From the NCBI GenBank assembly GCA_013042475.1, contig JABDQA010000028.1, forward strand, positions 1 to 63,054: a stretch of DNA of 63,054 nt. Direction: 5' to 3'. The stretch is from Desulfofustis sp. (lineage in GTDB: Bacteria; Desulfobacterota; Desulfobulbia; Desulfobulbales; Desulfocapsaceae). Below the pieces are notes generated by a model. The model did no database searches. It worked only from the letters and a program-made list of their open reading frames with translations, and was not told the DNA's origin. Positions 1 to 10,776 of this stretch are shown here, piece by piece (within the stretch, counting starts at the first letter, position 1; each line of letters opens with the position of its first letter). The position numbers and the translations under genes were made by a program.

Positions 1-2016
1 TTACTCCGTGGAGGCGACATTGGCATTGGCGTACAGGCTGATACCATCGGAGATCTGTTCAGCCAGTTTATCGATAAACTCTTTATCGCCTAGCAGTTTG
101 GCGTCATCGGGATTACTGATGAAGGCGATTTCTATGAGGATAGCCGGCATCTCAGCACCGATGAGTACATAGAAGGGGGCTTGTTTGACCCCCATATTTT
201 TTAGCGCAAAATGGCTTTCAGAAAAGCCGTTGTCAATAGAATCATGCACCCGCTCTGCCAATCTCGATGACTCGTTGATTTTTGAATTTTGCAGGATATC
301 TGAGAGAATATCCTGCAGATCACTAAGCTGATGAGTCGAGGTGGCGTTTTCTCTTGCCGCGACGCGCATTGCCTCGGCATTAGTGGTGAGATTAAGAAAG
401 TAGGTCTCGAATCCTCTTATATCAGGTGACGGATGAGCATTAATATGCAAAGAGACGAATAGATCGGCTGAGTTGGTGTTAGCGATGGCGGTGCGCTCCT
501 CGAGTGGCATGAAAGAATCATCCTTCCTGGTCAGTATAACAGTGGCACCGAGTTTCTCACGTAGATGCACTGCCAGCCGTTTTCCCATCTTGAGCACGAT
601 GTCCTTCTCTTTCATGCCAAAAGCTATGGCCCCTGGGTCCTTGCCGCCGTGACCCGGGTCCAGGACGATGGTGCCTATGCCGAGCCCGAGCTGTTGGGCC
701 AGCGAGAGTTGCTGTCGGGGAATGTCGCCTTCTATAGGTGACGGAGCGATGTCAACCGGTACGGCACGTTTGCGCATTTCTCTGAGGACAACGACAGGCC
801 CCGGATCGGCTGATAGTCGCTCGGTTTCCGACGTAGTCGGGATTTCAGGTGGGATACGAGCAACCATATCGGGACGGGGTGCTTCACTTAGTACGGTCTC
901 AGCTGGCACAGGTTCAGTTGGCTCGCTTTCAACCGTGGCGACGGTTTGCTCCGGTGATGCAACCGATTCGGATGGTGTGCTGCTCTTCTGGGCAATGGAT
1001 GGACGAGGCTGCGGTAGCGGCTGAGGAGGGGCTGGCGGTGGAGACAGCGGTGCAACCGTTTCAATGTGCTGATTTTTCTTCTTGCCTCTCACATCGATCA
1101 CCACTCTGAAGGGATCCGGTAGAGAGAAAATCTTGTAATCTGAAATCGATTCGATATCGAGCACAACCCTTACTGTATCGGGGCTGAACTGACCCGTACG
1201 GATCCTTTTCAGCAGACCGTCTTCAATCGGAATCGGTGATCGAAAACGCGGTTCGATGTAGCTGTCCCGGAAATCGATGTAAAGCCTGCGTGGACGGTTG
1301 CCGACTTTTTCCAGCAGTTCTTCCCGATACTCGGTTGGCCCGGATGTTTGCACGACAACCCGGGTGTAGTCCTTGGAAGACCAGTATTTGGCCGGCTTGA
1401 CATTGGTCAGTTTGGCCATCGGCGTAGTGCCCAGCATTTCTTCCGGCAAAGGGATGTCGTAGTCTTTGGATAACCGCTTCAATCTGGTCTCGGCGGGGGT
1501 GCCCATATCGCCGTCCGGGTAATTCGAGATAATCTTGGTGAAAGTTTCGGCCGCCCGTCTGGGATCGTTCATGTCTTCATAGAGAATGGCGCCCACTGCG
1601 TAAAGGGCGTCGTCGGCCAGCCTATTGCCGGGAAACAGGGTGTTAACGTCACGGTAGTAGGAAATCGACTCACCGAGATCGATACCCTCGCCAAACTTTT
1701 TGAAGGCGTCATAGTAGAGGCGGCCGAGCATGAACAGACAAGCGGGTGCCAGTTCAGACTTGGGCTCGGCTAGATAGATACGTCTGAAGTTACCAGCGCC
1801 TTTGAGCCAATTTTCTCTGACCGCGCCCAGTTTGGCAGACGTGTGGAGCTGATTGTAGAAAAACTTGGCTTTCTGGTAATGGGCCTTGAGATCAGACTTG
1901 TCGGGATAGGAGCCGGACGGCGTGGTGGCATGCGTTGCTTGAACTCCAAAGACAATGATGAGGAGTGCCAAAACAATCGGTACGATGCTGCGAGGTCTGT
2001 TCACTCTCTCAATCAA
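1..2016 (-). CDS. N-acetylmuramoyl-L-alanine amidase (AmiC-like) with N-terminal TPR-like and AMIN-like modules
   Basis: 671-aa ORF. It has an N-terminal hydrophobic signal/anchor (IVPIVLALLIIVFGVQA), a helical-repeat region, a beta-rich AMIN-like segment (YTRVVVQTSG..VRVVLDIE..FRVVIDV) and a Pro-rich linker (PPPAPPQPLPQPRP). The C-terminal Amidase_3 signatures are VLDPGHGGKDPGA, LFVSLHINAH and PAILIEIAFISN. The start codon at 2014-2016 is TTG, so the exact start is uncertain. Confidence 0.85.
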   Translation of the reverse strand: MIERVNRPRSIVPIVLALLIIVFGVQATHATTPSGSYPDKSDLKAHYQKAKFFYNQLHTSAKLGAVRENWLKGAGNFRRIYLAEPKSELAPACLFMLGRLYYDAFKKFGEGIDLGESISYYRDVNTLFPGNRLADDALYAVGAILYEDMNDPRRAAETFTKIISNYPDGDMGTPAETRLKRLSKDYDIPLPEEMLGTTPMAKLTNVKPAKYWSSKDYTRVVVQTSGPTEYREELLEKVGNRPRRLYIDFRDSYIEPRFRSPIPIEDGLLKRIRTGQFSPDTVRVVLDIESISDYKIFSLPDPFRVVIDVRGKKKNQHIETVAPLSPPPAPPQPLPQPRPSIAQKSSTPSESVASPEQTVATVESEPTEPVPAETVLSEAPRPDMVARIPPEIPTTSETERLSADPGPVVVLREMRKRAVPVDIAPSPIEGDIPRQQLSLAQQLGLGIGTIVLDPGHGGKDPGAIAFGMKEKDIVLKMGKRLAVHLREKLGATVILTRKDDSFMPLEERTAIANTNSADLFVSLHINAHPSPDIRGFETYFLNLTTNAEAMRVAARENATSTHQLSDLQDILSDILQNSKINESSRLAERVHDSIDNGFSESHFALKNMGVKQAPFYVLIGAEMPAILIEIAFISNPDDAKLLGDKEFIDKLAEQISDGISLYANANVASTE

Positions 2017-2141
2017 AACTTCTCAATAGCTGGGGTTGATAGCGGGAAATCATAATATTTTCTGCAGATTATCCGGAATCAGACTCTATATAAACGGTTT
2101 GAAAGAAAAAAACAACTTAAGGTACTCGTAAAGAATGGAGG

Positions 2142-4802
2142 TCACTTCTTATCGAGTAGCCCCTTGAGGCTGTAGAGATGTTCTAGGGCCTGGCGTGGGG
2201 TCATATTGTCGAGGTCGATTTTTCCGAGCTGATCGACCACCGGGTGACCGGGAGCTGAAAACAGCTGGAGTTGACTCGGATGCTTCTTTTTACCACCCCC
2301 GCCGCTATTTCTTGAGGTGACGGTGCGGTGATCGAAATCGGCTTGGTCGATGCGTTTCAATATCTCCTGAGCCCGGGCGACAACTTCGTCGGGCACCCCT
2401 GCCAGGGCGGCAACCTGAATACCGTAACTGCGGCTGGTGCCGCCTTTTATTAATTTATAGAGGAAAATTATCGTCTCGTTCCACTCCTTTACAGCGACTG
2501 AGTAGTTTTGCACCCGGTCATGGGTTTTAGCGAGCTCGGTGAGTTCATGATAGTGAGTGGCAAAAAGAGTTTTTACTCCCTGCCGATCTTTGTTTACCAG
2601 AGCTTCGGCAACAGCCCAGGCGATCGACAGGCCATCGTAGGTGGAGGTACCCCGGCCTATCTCGTCGAGAATCACGAGACTTTTAGGTGTGGCATTGTTC
2701 AGGATATTGGCGGTCTCATTCATCTCCACCATGAAAGTTGATTGTCCCCGACGTAAATCATCCATGGCGCCGACCCGAGTGAAAATTCGGTCGACCACGC
2801 TGATCACCGATTTTTCCGCCGGCACGAAACTGCCCATCTGGGCCAGCAGGACGATGAGTGCTGTCTGTCGGAGAATGGTCGATTTACCGGCCATATTCGG
2901 ACCGGTTATGACCAGCACCTGGTTAAGGCTCTGATCAAGGCTGATATCGTTGGGCACAAATTTTCCCGTAGCCAGTGACCTCTCGATGACCGGGTGTCTG
3001 CCCTCCAAGATCTGAATTGTCCCGTCGTTGGTCAGTTCTGGCCTGGTATAGTGATAGTGCCGGGCGATTTCAGCAAGGTTGGTGAACACATCGATACGAG
3101 CCAGAAACTTTGCGGTCTGCAGAATCCGGGAACTGTTCTCGGCCAGAGTCGTTCTGATCTCGATGAAGAGTTGATATTCCAACTCGAGGCGGCGTTCCTG
3201 GGCGGTCAGCACCCGACTCTCGAACTCTTTGAGTTCGGGCGTAATGAAGCGCTCGGCATTGACCAGAGTCTGCTTACGCAGATAGTGTTCGGGAACCTTG
3301 TCAAGATGGGCATTGCCGACTTCTATATAGTAACCGAACACTTTATTGTAGCCTATTTTGAGCTTGGTGATGCCGGTCTTCTCCCGCTCCTGATTTTCCA
3401 GCCCGAGAATCAGTGCTTTGCCGTCACGAAGCAGATGAATGAGCTGATCGAGTTCCTCGTTGTAGCCTTCCCGGATCAGATTGCCGTCTCGCAGGGTGAC
3501 CGGTGGCTCGTCGCCGATCGAACGATCCAGCAAATCAGCCAGCTCGGCCAGATCGTCGAAATCGTTGTCGATGCGCTGCAGACCGATGGTCGCACACTGC
3601 TTCAGTAACGTGTGGATGCCCGGTAAAATGGCTAGCGACTGCCGCAGGGCGACCGCGTCACGGCCGTTGCCTTGGCCGAGCACCATCCTCGAGTTCAAGC
3701 GCTCTAGGTCATAGATGGCTTGAAGGTAGTCGCGGAATTGCTGTCTGATTGCAGGGTTGTGGTGGAAGAAGCTGACGCAGTCCTGTCTTTCAGTGATCGT
3801 GTCGATATCCTGCAGGGGTTGCAGCAGGTAGTTCTGCAGCAGGCGGCCGCCCATGGGTGTTCTTGTTTTATCCAGCACGGACAGCAGCGACCCTTCACGA
3901 TTGTTGCCGATGATCGTCCTGGTCAATTCAAGGTTACGGCGTGAGGCGTCGTCGATGAGCAGTACCGAGTCGCGGTTGAGCGGAATAAGTTTCTCTATAT
4001 GGCCGATGTCGCTCTTCTGCGTTTCTCTGGCATAATCGAGCAGTACACCGGCGGCCACAATACCCTGACGCATCGATCCGCAGCCGAACCCATCGAGGTT
4101 GATCACCTTGAAATGGTCGACGAGATCGTGGTTGGCCTCTTTGACATGGAACAGGTCAGCGGACCGCGGCGTGATGCATAATTGAGGCAGATGCAGGGTA
4201 GCCGCTTCGATGAGTTTTGCCAATTCGTCCTGCTGCCCTTCATTTACCAGAAGCTCGGCGGGCCTCATCCGGGTCAGGTGGTCGATTATCTGCTCAGGTA
4301 CTAGCGCCCTGTCGCTTTCTTCACCTGCCAGGAATTCACCCGTGCTCAAATCGAGAAAGCTGAACCCCCATTGCGGTGTTGATTCTCCAGATGACCGGCT
4401 CAGGGCACAGACATAGCAATTTTCATTATCCTCCAGTATCTGGTCATCGGTGGTGACTCCTGGAGTGACCACCCGAATCACCTCACGCCGGACAATGCCT
4501 TTAGCCTGGGATGGATCTTCAGTCTGTTCGCAGATGGCTACCCGTTCGCCGGCTTTAACCAGCTTGGCCAGATAGTTCTGGGCGGCGTGGTAAGGTACGC
4601 CACACATCGGTATTCTTGCCGTATCAGCCTTGTTATTGCGAGAGGTCAGGGTGATCCCCAGAATCTTGGAGGCTACCTCGGCGTCCTCGAAAAACATCTC
4701 ATAAAAGTCACCCATCCGATAGAAAAGAATCTCGTTCGGATAGTCTTCTTTTATCTCCAGGTATTGCCGAAGCATCGGCGTCATTTTAGGAGGGGCGGTC
4801 AT
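2142..4802 (-). CDS. mutS: DNA mismatch repair protein MutS
   Basis: 886 aa. The N-terminus is MTPMLRQYLEIKEDYP..FYRMGDFYEMFFEDA, the Walker A is GPNMAGKST, and LVILDEIGRGTSTYDG and FATHYHELT are present. Length and motif order are typical of MutS. Confidence 0.97.
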   Translation of the reverse strand: MTAPPKMTPMLRQYLEIKEDYPNEILFYRMGDFYEMFFEDAEVASKILGITLTSRNNKADTARIPMCGVPYHAAQNYLAKLVKAGERVAICEQTEDPSQAKGIVRREVIRVVTPGVTTDDQILEDNENCYVCALSRSSGESTPQWGFSFLDLSTGEFLAGEESDRALVPEQIIDHLTRMRPAELLVNEGQQDELAKLIEAATLHLPQLCITPRSADLFHVKEANHDLVDHFKVINLDGFGCGSMRQGIVAAGVLLDYARETQKSDIGHIEKLIPLNRDSVLLIDDASRRNLELTRTIIGNNREGSLLSVLDKTRTPMGGRLLQNYLLQPLQDIDTITERQDCVSFFHHNPAIRQQFRDYLQAIYDLERLNSRMVLGQGNGRDAVALRQSLAILPGIHTLLKQCATIGLQRIDNDFDDLAELADLLDRSIGDEPPVTLRDGNLIREGYNEELDQLIHLLRDGKALILGLENQEREKTGITKLKIGYNKVFGYYIEVGNAHLDKVPEHYLRKQTLVNAERFITPELKEFESRVLTAQERRLELEYQLFIEIRTTLAENSSRILQTAKFLARIDVFTNLAEIARHYHYTRPELTNDGTIQILEGRHPVIERSLATGKFVPNDISLDQSLNQVLVITGPNMAGKSTILRQTALIVLLAQMGSFVPAEKSVISVVDRIFTRVGAMDDLRRGQSTFMVEMNETANILNNATPKSLVILDEIGRGTSTYDGLSIAWAVAEALVNKDRQGVKTLFATHYHELTELAKTHDRVQNYSVAVKEWNETIIFLYKLIKGGTSRSYGIQVAALAGVPDEVVARAQEILKRIDQADFDHRTVTSRNSGGGGKKKHPSQLQLFSAPGHPVVDQLGKIDLDNMTPRQALEHLYSLKGLLDKK

Positions 4803-4811
4803 AGCGGACTT

Positions 4812-5321
4812 TTACCGACTGTGGTTCGTGCGGTGAAGACGCTGAAAATGCGGCAGCAGCCTGTCGAACGTTTTTTCAATGTGCTCCGGAATCGCACGGA
4901 TCTCAGCCAGCACCGTCATATAATTGTGATCATCCTGCCAGCGCGGCACGATATGGTAGTGAAGATGGTCGTCGATGCCAGCCCCGGCAACGTGTCCCAA
5001 GTTCAAACCGATGTTGAAACCATCGGGACCGAGCTCCTTTTTCAAAATCCCGGTTGCTCTTTGAAGCAGGTCGTTTACCGCGGTAAGTTCCGCCGAAGCC
5101 AGGTCGGTGATACAGTGAACATGACGTACAGGGGCGATGAGCAGATGTCCGTTGGCGTAAGGGTAGCGATTGAGCAGGCAGAGTCGTTCGTTATCCCTAA
5201 AAAGCAGTAGTGTCTCTCTGGAGTGGGGATGATCTCCCTCGGGCTCGAACAAACAGTGTGGAGGCTCGGGTGCTGTGCCTTGCACATGCTCCATTCTCCA
5301 TGGAGTCCATAAAGCTTTCAT
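4812..5321 (-). CDS. HIT family (histidine triad) nucleotide hydrolase/transferase
   Basis: Histidine triad DDHLHYHIVPRW. I moved the start to the internal ATG (MKALWTPWRMEHV) because the longer ORF would overlap the upstream gene. It lies 9 nt upstream of mutS on the same strand. Confidence 0.85.
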   Translation of the reverse strand: MKALWTPWRMEHVQGTAPEPPHCLFEPEGDHPHSRETLLLFRDNERLCLLNRYPYANGHLLIAPVRHVHCITDLASAELTAVNDLLQRATGILKKELGPDGFNIGLNLGHVAGAGIDDHLHYHIVPRWQDDHNYMTVLAEIRAIPEHIEKTFDRLLPHFQRLHRTNHSR

Positions 5322-5325
5322 CGTT

Positions 5326-5835
5326 TTATTCAGGTGGCAGCGTATGAATGGCGGCCGACAGACCTGTAGCATCTAAGGTCATAACAGCATAAGTTCCCGA
5401 ACCGCCATAGCGGCCCGTGGAGCGGAAGGTACCAGGATTGACCAACAGTACCGAGCCGAATTTCTGCACGAGCGGGCGGTGAGTGTGGCCGAAGATTATG
5501 CAGTCAACTTCACCAAAGCGGGATATGAGTTCAGTTTCCCTATCATACCCGATACCGTCACCATGGTATAGTCCGAATCGGTACCCCTCGATGGTGAATT
5601 CCAGTTCTTCCGGCAATGCTGATCGCGTTTCGTACCCGCACATATTTCCGTGCACGGCGTACACTGCACGATCGCCGAAAATCTCGAGAATGGCCCTGCT
5701 GGTCAGATCGCCGGCATGGATCACTGCGTCGCAGTCAGAAAACGCCCGGTTAACGTTTTCTGCAAACGTTGCATCAATCCTTGAGAGGTGGGTATCCGAG
5801 AGTACACCGACCTTTGTGCTTAGGTTTTCAAGCAT
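5326..5835 (-). CDS. YfcE/MJ0936-type metallophosphoesterase
   Basis: 169 aa with the calcineurin-like motif order VLSDTHL .. HAGD .. HGNMC .. FGHTH. Confidence 0.85.
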   Translation of the reverse strand: MLENLSTKVGVLSDTHLSRIDATFAENVNRAFSDCDAVIHAGDLTSRAILEIFGDRAVYAVHGNMCGYETRSALPEELEFTIEGYRFGLYHGDGIGYDRETELISRFGEVDCIIFGHTHRPLVQKFGSVLLVNPGTFRSTGRYGGSGTYAVMTLDATGLSAAIHTLPPE

Positions 5836-6154
5836 GGGATATATATAAATAGTTTACTGAAGTGCGGCAATATTCATTCGAATATGTTTTGTGCATAAAT
5901 AATGAATGATCAAAGGGAAGGGATGGTCTCTGCGCTGCTGCAATGCTCTCGAAAATAAACACGCGCCGAACAACGCTGTTTTGGCAGACTGAACATCGCA
6001 GCACTGGCATGCTCATCGCTGATTTCACATCTGCAGGTAAAAGAGATAGAATCAGTTGGCAAACCGGTCTTCTGGCAGTTATAGTTGTGTCCTACCTAGA
6101 CGTTTCCACCACTGGGACACAGCACATGTCCTGCATATTTCATGGAGATACCAT

Positions 6155-6718
6155 ATGTTCAGTGCATCAGACCTGCGAAAAGGCCTGAAAATTTTGATAG
6201 ATGGTGAACCCCATATCATTGTCGATTTTGAATTTTCCAAACCCGGCAAGGGCCAGGCCTTATATCGTTGCAAGCTTAAAAACATGATAACCGGTTCGCA
6301 GTTTTCCAACACTTACCGCTCCAACGATAAATTTGAAAAAGCCGACCTGGAAGAGCGCAAGATGCAGTATCTCTACAATCAGGGCGACGAATATCATTTC
6401 ATGGACACGGAAAACTACGAACAGCTTTTTCTGACCGGGGAACAGATGGGCGACAACGTCAACTACCTGGTCGACAATATGGAAGTCCAGGTCTTGTTTT
6501 TCGGTCCGCGCCCCATAGATATCAGCCTGCCCATTTTCGTCAATCTCACGGTGACCCAGGCGGATCCCTGGGCCAGAGGAGACACCTCGGGAACTGACAC
6601 CAAACCGGTTACCGTGGAAACGGGATACCAGCTGCAGGTGCCGCCTTTTGTAGAGGAGGGGGATAAAATTCAGATTGATACCCGCTCCGGCGACTATGTG
6701 ACTCGAGTAAAAGAATAG
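6155..6718 (+). CDS. efp: elongation factor P
   Basis: Internal ATG at 6155 preceded by GGAG (6144-6147). The sequence MFSASDLRKGLKILIDGEPHIIVDFEFSKPGKGQA carries the modified-lysine loop KPGKGQA. At 187 aa it is the typical EF-P size. Confidence 0.95.
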   Translation: MFSASDLRKGLKILIDGEPHIIVDFEFSKPGKGQALYRCKLKNMITGSQFSNTYRSNDKFEKADLEERKMQYLYNQGDEYHFMDTENYEQLFLTGEQMGDNVNYLVDNMEVQVLFFGPRPIDISLPIFVNLTVTQADPWARGDTSGTDTKPVTVETGYQLQVPPFVEEGDKIQIDTRSGDYVTRVKE

Positions 6719-6720
6719 CG

Positions 6721-7641
6721 ATGCTTGATTTCAAAGGGCTGCAGCTAAGAGCAGCCCTTTTGCGTCTAATCCGCAGGTTTTTCCACCAGCAGGGGTTTCT
6801 CGAAGTAGACACCCCTGTGCGCCAACCGGTTTTGCTGCCGGAAAGCAATATCCTACCCATCAACTCAGGTAGCTGGTTTCTGCAAACTTCCCCGGAACAG
6901 TGCATGAAGCGCATTCTTGCTCGGAATCGAGTAAATATTTTTCAGATTTGCCCATGCTTTAGAGCTGATGAGAGAGGCAGCAGGCACCTGGAAGAATTTA
7001 CCATGCTCGAGTGGTATCGAATCGATGGTGACTACGTCGATCTGATGGACGACTGCGAGACGCTGCTCCGTTACCTCAAAGAGTCTTTGATCATCCAGAC
7101 TGAGTTCAGTGACACCATTGCCGGGTCCTGTTTCGGGACCATGACCGTTGAGTCAGGGTGGGAACGGGTCACCGTGGCCGAAGCATTTGCCAAATGGGGA
7201 TCCATGTCGCTTGCCGCTGCACTTGAATCGGATCGTTTCGACGAACTTGTCAGCATCGAGATCGAGCCCCATCTAGGCCTCCACGCACCCACCTTTCTTT
7301 GCGACTATCCAGCCAGTTGTGCTTCACTGGCCAGATTGAAAAAAGATGACATCAGCCTGGCGGAGAGATTTGAGCTCTATATTGCTGGAATGGAGCTTGC
7401 CAACGGCTTCAGCGAACTCACCGATGCAGATGAACAGCGCTTGCGCTTTGAGGAGGAGCTGGATCGGATTGAACAACGGGAGGGCGTGAGGCCGGTTATG
7501 CCGAATAAATTTCTTGAAGACCTCAAAAGCCTGGAACCGGCGGCAGGCATTGCCTTCGGCTTCGACCGTTTGGTCATGCTGCTGCTGTCGGCTGATTTGA
7601 TCAATCAGGTGGTCAGTTTCTCACCTGATGATTTTGAGTAA
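6721..7641 (+). CDS. epmA: EF-P lysine aminoacylase (EpmA/GenX/PoxA-like truncated class II lysyl-tRNA synthetase)
   Basis: 306 aa with a class II aaRS catalytic core and no anticodon-binding domain (FLEVDTPV, CFRADERGSRHLEEFTMLEWY, ELANGFSEL, GIAFGFDRL). It starts 3 nt after the efp stop. Confidence 0.85.
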   Translation: MLDFKGLQLRAALLRLIRRFFHQQGFLEVDTPVRQPVLLPESNILPINSGSWFLQTSPEQCMKRILARNRVNIFQICPCFRADERGSRHLEEFTMLEWYRIDGDYVDLMDDCETLLRYLKESLIIQTEFSDTIAGSCFGTMTVESGWERVTVAEAFAKWGSMSLAAALESDRFDELVSIEIEPHLGLHAPTFLCDYPASCASLARLKKDDISLAERFELYIAGMELANGFSELTDADEQRLRFEEELDRIEQREGVRPVMPNKFLEDLKSLEPAAGIAFGFDRLVMLLLSADLINQVVSFSPDDFE

Positions 7642-7927
7642 TGCAGGAGATCTATGGTTTCCAAAAGATAGATTTACTTGACAGGCAAATAGGCTGATGT
7701 GAGAACTAATTCAGGATCGTTTTTAATCAGATTCAAAAGTAATAAAGAAATGTTTGGGTACCTTCGAGTTTTGGGATTACTTACTGATAATTCTGACTAA
7801 AATTGCTACAATGCAGCAGTTTAAACCGACTAAGCTTTCATCAATATGTTCTCGATAATGATGAGAATATAAAAGCATCATCTAAGTGAATTTAGATGAG
7901 GGGATCAATCGTGATAGGGAAAAAGCA

Positions 7928-9088
7928 ATGTTAGAAACCGTCTACAGTGTGAGTGACAACCTGGACCCCCTTGCCGGGATCCGCAATGTGGTCGCCGACT
8001 GCAGAGAGCAGCTTGGCGGTAGAAAACCGGCTGCGGGTATGTTTTTCACTTCCTGCATGGAGGCTGATTATGTCCAGATGCTGGAGGAGATCCTTGGGGC
8101 TTTTCCCGATATCGAGCTGATCGGCTGCACTACTGACGGTGAGATCACTCAGGACCGAGGGTTTACCGAAGACTCATCGGCGCTGCTGCTGCTCATTTCC
8201 GAAGAAATCGCTTTTGCTGCAGGGATTGCCGAGAATATTTCAGAGACCCCTCAAGAATCGGTCGCCAATGGATATAAGCATGCTCTAGATAAGCTCAATG
8301 CAGAACCTGTTCTCGCATTTGTACTGCCAGACGGTATTACCACAATGAATCTACCCATTGAAGCCTATTTGAGATCGGAAATGGGGCAGTCGATGCCGAT
8401 ATTTGGAGGCTCGGCCGGTGATGGCTTCAGAATTGTTCAGACCTTTCAATTTTGTGGAGAAGGTGTTTATACCGACGCCATGCCCTTATTGCTCTTAGCA
8501 GGAGATTTGGAGGTCAGCTTCAACATTGCCATCGGACCGGTTCCGTATGGTAAATACTACCGAATAAATAAGGTAGAAGGAAATATCGTCTATACGATAG
8601 ACGGAGTGACCGCATTGGAGTTCTATGAGCGCTTTTACGGGAAATACATCGAAGATAGAGAACTTTCCTTTTTCCCTTTAGCAGTATACACAGGTGACAA
8701 AGAAGACTTTGTGCTTAGGGATTCCGTAAATATAGATAGAGAGAAGGGCAGCATTTCATTTATTGGTCGTTTCGAGGAGCCTTGCAGGGCAAGACTTACA
8801 CAAGTTACCCGAGATGAAACCCTAAATTCAGGACATGCTGGATCTGCACAAGTACTTTCAGCTTTCGGTGATAAATCACCGGATTTGATTTTGCTCTTCT
8901 CCTGTACCTCCCGTCGTCACGTGCTTGGCTCCCGCACTGACGAAGAGTTTTTGGTGTTGCAGCAAGACAGGCAGGGGGTGCCGTATTTCGGGTTCTATTG
9001 TTATGGAGAGATCAGCCCCTTCACCAATGATGGTCCAGTTCATTTTCACAGCGACACATGTATTTCGGTGGCTTTGAGAAGTAAATAA
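7928..9088 (+). CDS. FIST-domain sensory protein
   Basis: FIST_N/FIST_C-like pattern (IELIGCTTDGEI, IFGGSAGDG, FGFYCYGEISP). I prefer the ATG at 7928 with AGGGA about 8 nt upstream over the GTG at 7886. Confidence 0.75.
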   Translation: MLETVYSVSDNLDPLAGIRNVVADCREQLGGRKPAAGMFFTSCMEADYVQMLEEILGAFPDIELIGCTTDGEITQDRGFTEDSSALLLLISEEIAFAAGIAENISETPQESVANGYKHALDKLNAEPVLAFVLPDGITTMNLPIEAYLRSEMGQSMPIFGGSAGDGFRIVQTFQFCGEGVYTDAMPLLLLAGDLEVSFNIAIGPVPYGKYYRINKVEGNIVYTIDGVTALEFYERFYGKYIEDRELSFFPLAVYTGDKEDFVLRDSVNIDREKGSISFIGRFEEPCRARLTQVTRDETLNSGHAGSAQVLSAFGDKSPDLILLFSCTSRRHVLGSRTDEEFLVLQQDRQGVPYFGFYCYGEISPFTNDGPVHFHSDTCISVALRSK

Positions 9089-9095
9089 TCAAACA

Positions 9096-10769
9096 ATGAC
9101 CAAAGAAGAGAGATTGAGTCAGCATTTGGAGAAAGCAGAGCTGGAAAACGCCTATCTGAAGCGTATCATCTCACGCATGGAGAAGCGATTGCTGCGTCAG
9201 GAAAAGCTGGACGACATGAACCGCCATCAGACCAGGTGGGCCATGCAGCAACTGGAACGATCCCGTGAGCTGGCCGAGCAGGCGAGCCAGGCAAAGACCG
9301 ATTTCCTGGCCAATATGAGCCATGAAATCAGGACACCGCTCAATATCGTGTTGGGAATGGGAGAGCTGCTGTCAGGCACGGAGCTTGACGAGAATCAGGC
9401 GCAGTACCTCGAGAGCCTGCGTCAGTCGGGCGAGCATCTGCTGCGACTGATCAATGATATCCTGGAGTTTTCGAGAATCGAGTCTGGAATCGTCGAGGTA
9501 CTCAACACTCCTTTCAATATCAAAGAGCTGCTCGACGAAGTCGAGACCATGGGAAACCTCCAGGCTCAGGATAAAGGGATCGATTTTTCTCTTCACTCTG
9601 ACCGGCTGCGGGGAATCAATCGCATAGGAGATGCCCGAAAGATTAGGCAGGTACTTTTTAATCTATTGGGTAACGCGGTGAAATATACCGACATTGGTGG
9701 CATAAGTCTGGCTGTTGAAAGTTTTGACGACAAGGGAGAGTGGCTCGCCTTTATCGTTTCAGATACCGGGATAGGGATACCAGAAGATAAGCAGGCGCTT
9801 ATTTTCGAGCGTTTCACCCAGATAGAACAGGGCCGGCTGAAAAAAACGGGCGGCGTCGGTCTTGGTCTGGCCATCAGCAAGCGGTTGGTTGTCGCCATGG
9901 GTGGAGTTATCAAAATCGACAGCGAAGTGAACAGGGGGAGCACCTTCCGGGTTGAACTCAAACTCCCGCTTACCGATAAGCTCCCTCTCAAGATTGAGAT
10001 AGATGGTGATGCCGAGTCTGGTGAGGAGGAACTTCCTCCGCTTCGAGTGTTGGTGGTCGATGATATATACCTCAACTTTGAAGTTATAAAGAACTATCTC
10101 AATGACTTACCGGTAACTGTCTGCTATGCCGAGAACGGGCGGCAGGCGCAGAAGGCATTTCTGGATGATGGCTATGATATCGTCCTGATGGACCTGCGTA
10201 TGCCGGTGATGGGAGGGCTTGAAGCTACGGCACATATCCGCAGGCTGGAGAAAAGACTGGGAGCAGCGCCGACCCCGATTATCGCGATGACGGCCCACGC
10301 CTTCATTGAACAGGAAAACGATTATCTCCAGAAGGGGTTTGACGAGGTTCTGATAAAACCATTTTCCAAACACGATCTGATCAACCGTCTTAAACAGTAT
10401 GCGCCGAAGAATGTTGCCGGAATCGAGTCGGAAGAAAAACCGCAGGACCAGCAGAAGCACACCGGCGTCAGCGATTCGCTGGCCGCACTTATACCCCAGG
10501 TACTCGATTCCATTTCGACCGAGATAAATACCATAAAAAAGGCCCTCTACGAAAATGACCAGGAGACAGTAGCCAAGACCGGCCACGCGGTCAAAGGGCT
10601 GGCAGGTTTTTACGGATTTGACCGCCTCTCCCGTCTCTTGGAACATCTCGAAGACAGCGTCAAGAAGCGTGAGTTTCGAACAGCTTACGCGCTTGCCGAT
10701 GCCCTTGCCAACCATGTTAATGAGCTTCGGCGTAAGAGGGTTTACCCAAAAGTCGATCTTGCCAATTAG
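9096..10769 (+). CDS. soluble hybrid sensor histidine kinase (HisKA-HATPase-REC-Hpt)
   Basis: Coiled-coil N-terminus with no TM segment. The H-box is SHEIRTPLN and the ATPase boxes are [13 protein letters not shown] and [10 protein letters not shown]. The receiver domain shows [23 protein letters not shown]. There is a C-terminal Hpt (HAVKGLAG). It starts 7 nt after the FIST gene. Confidence 0.9.
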   Translation: MTKEERLSQHLEKAELENAYLKRIISRMEKRLLRQEKLDDMNRHQTRWAMQQLERSRELAEQASQAKTDFLANMSHEIRTPLNIVLGMGELLSGTELDENQAQYLESLRQSGEHLLRLINDILEFSRIESGIVEVLNTPFNIKELLDEVETMGNLQAQDKGIDFSLHSDRLRGINRIGDARKIRQVLFNLLGNAVKYTDIGGISLAVESFDDKGEWLAFIVSDTGIGIPEDKQALIFERFTQIEQGRLKKTGGVGLGLAISKRLVVAMGGVIKIDSEVNRGSTFRVELKLPLTDKLPLKIEIDGDAESGEEELPPLRVLVVDDIYLNFEVIKNYLNDLPVTVCYAENGRQAQKAFLDDGYDIVLMDLRMPVMGGLEATAHIRRLEKRLGAAPTPIIAMTAHAFIEQENDYLQKGFDEVLIKPFSKHDLINRLKQYAPKNVAGIESEEKPQDQQKHTGVSDSLAALIPQVLDSISTEINTIKKALYENDQETVAKTGHAVKGLAGFYGFDRLSRLLEHLEDSVKKREFRTAYALADALANHVNELRRKRVYPKVDLAN

Positions 10770-10776
10770 GTCTCTC

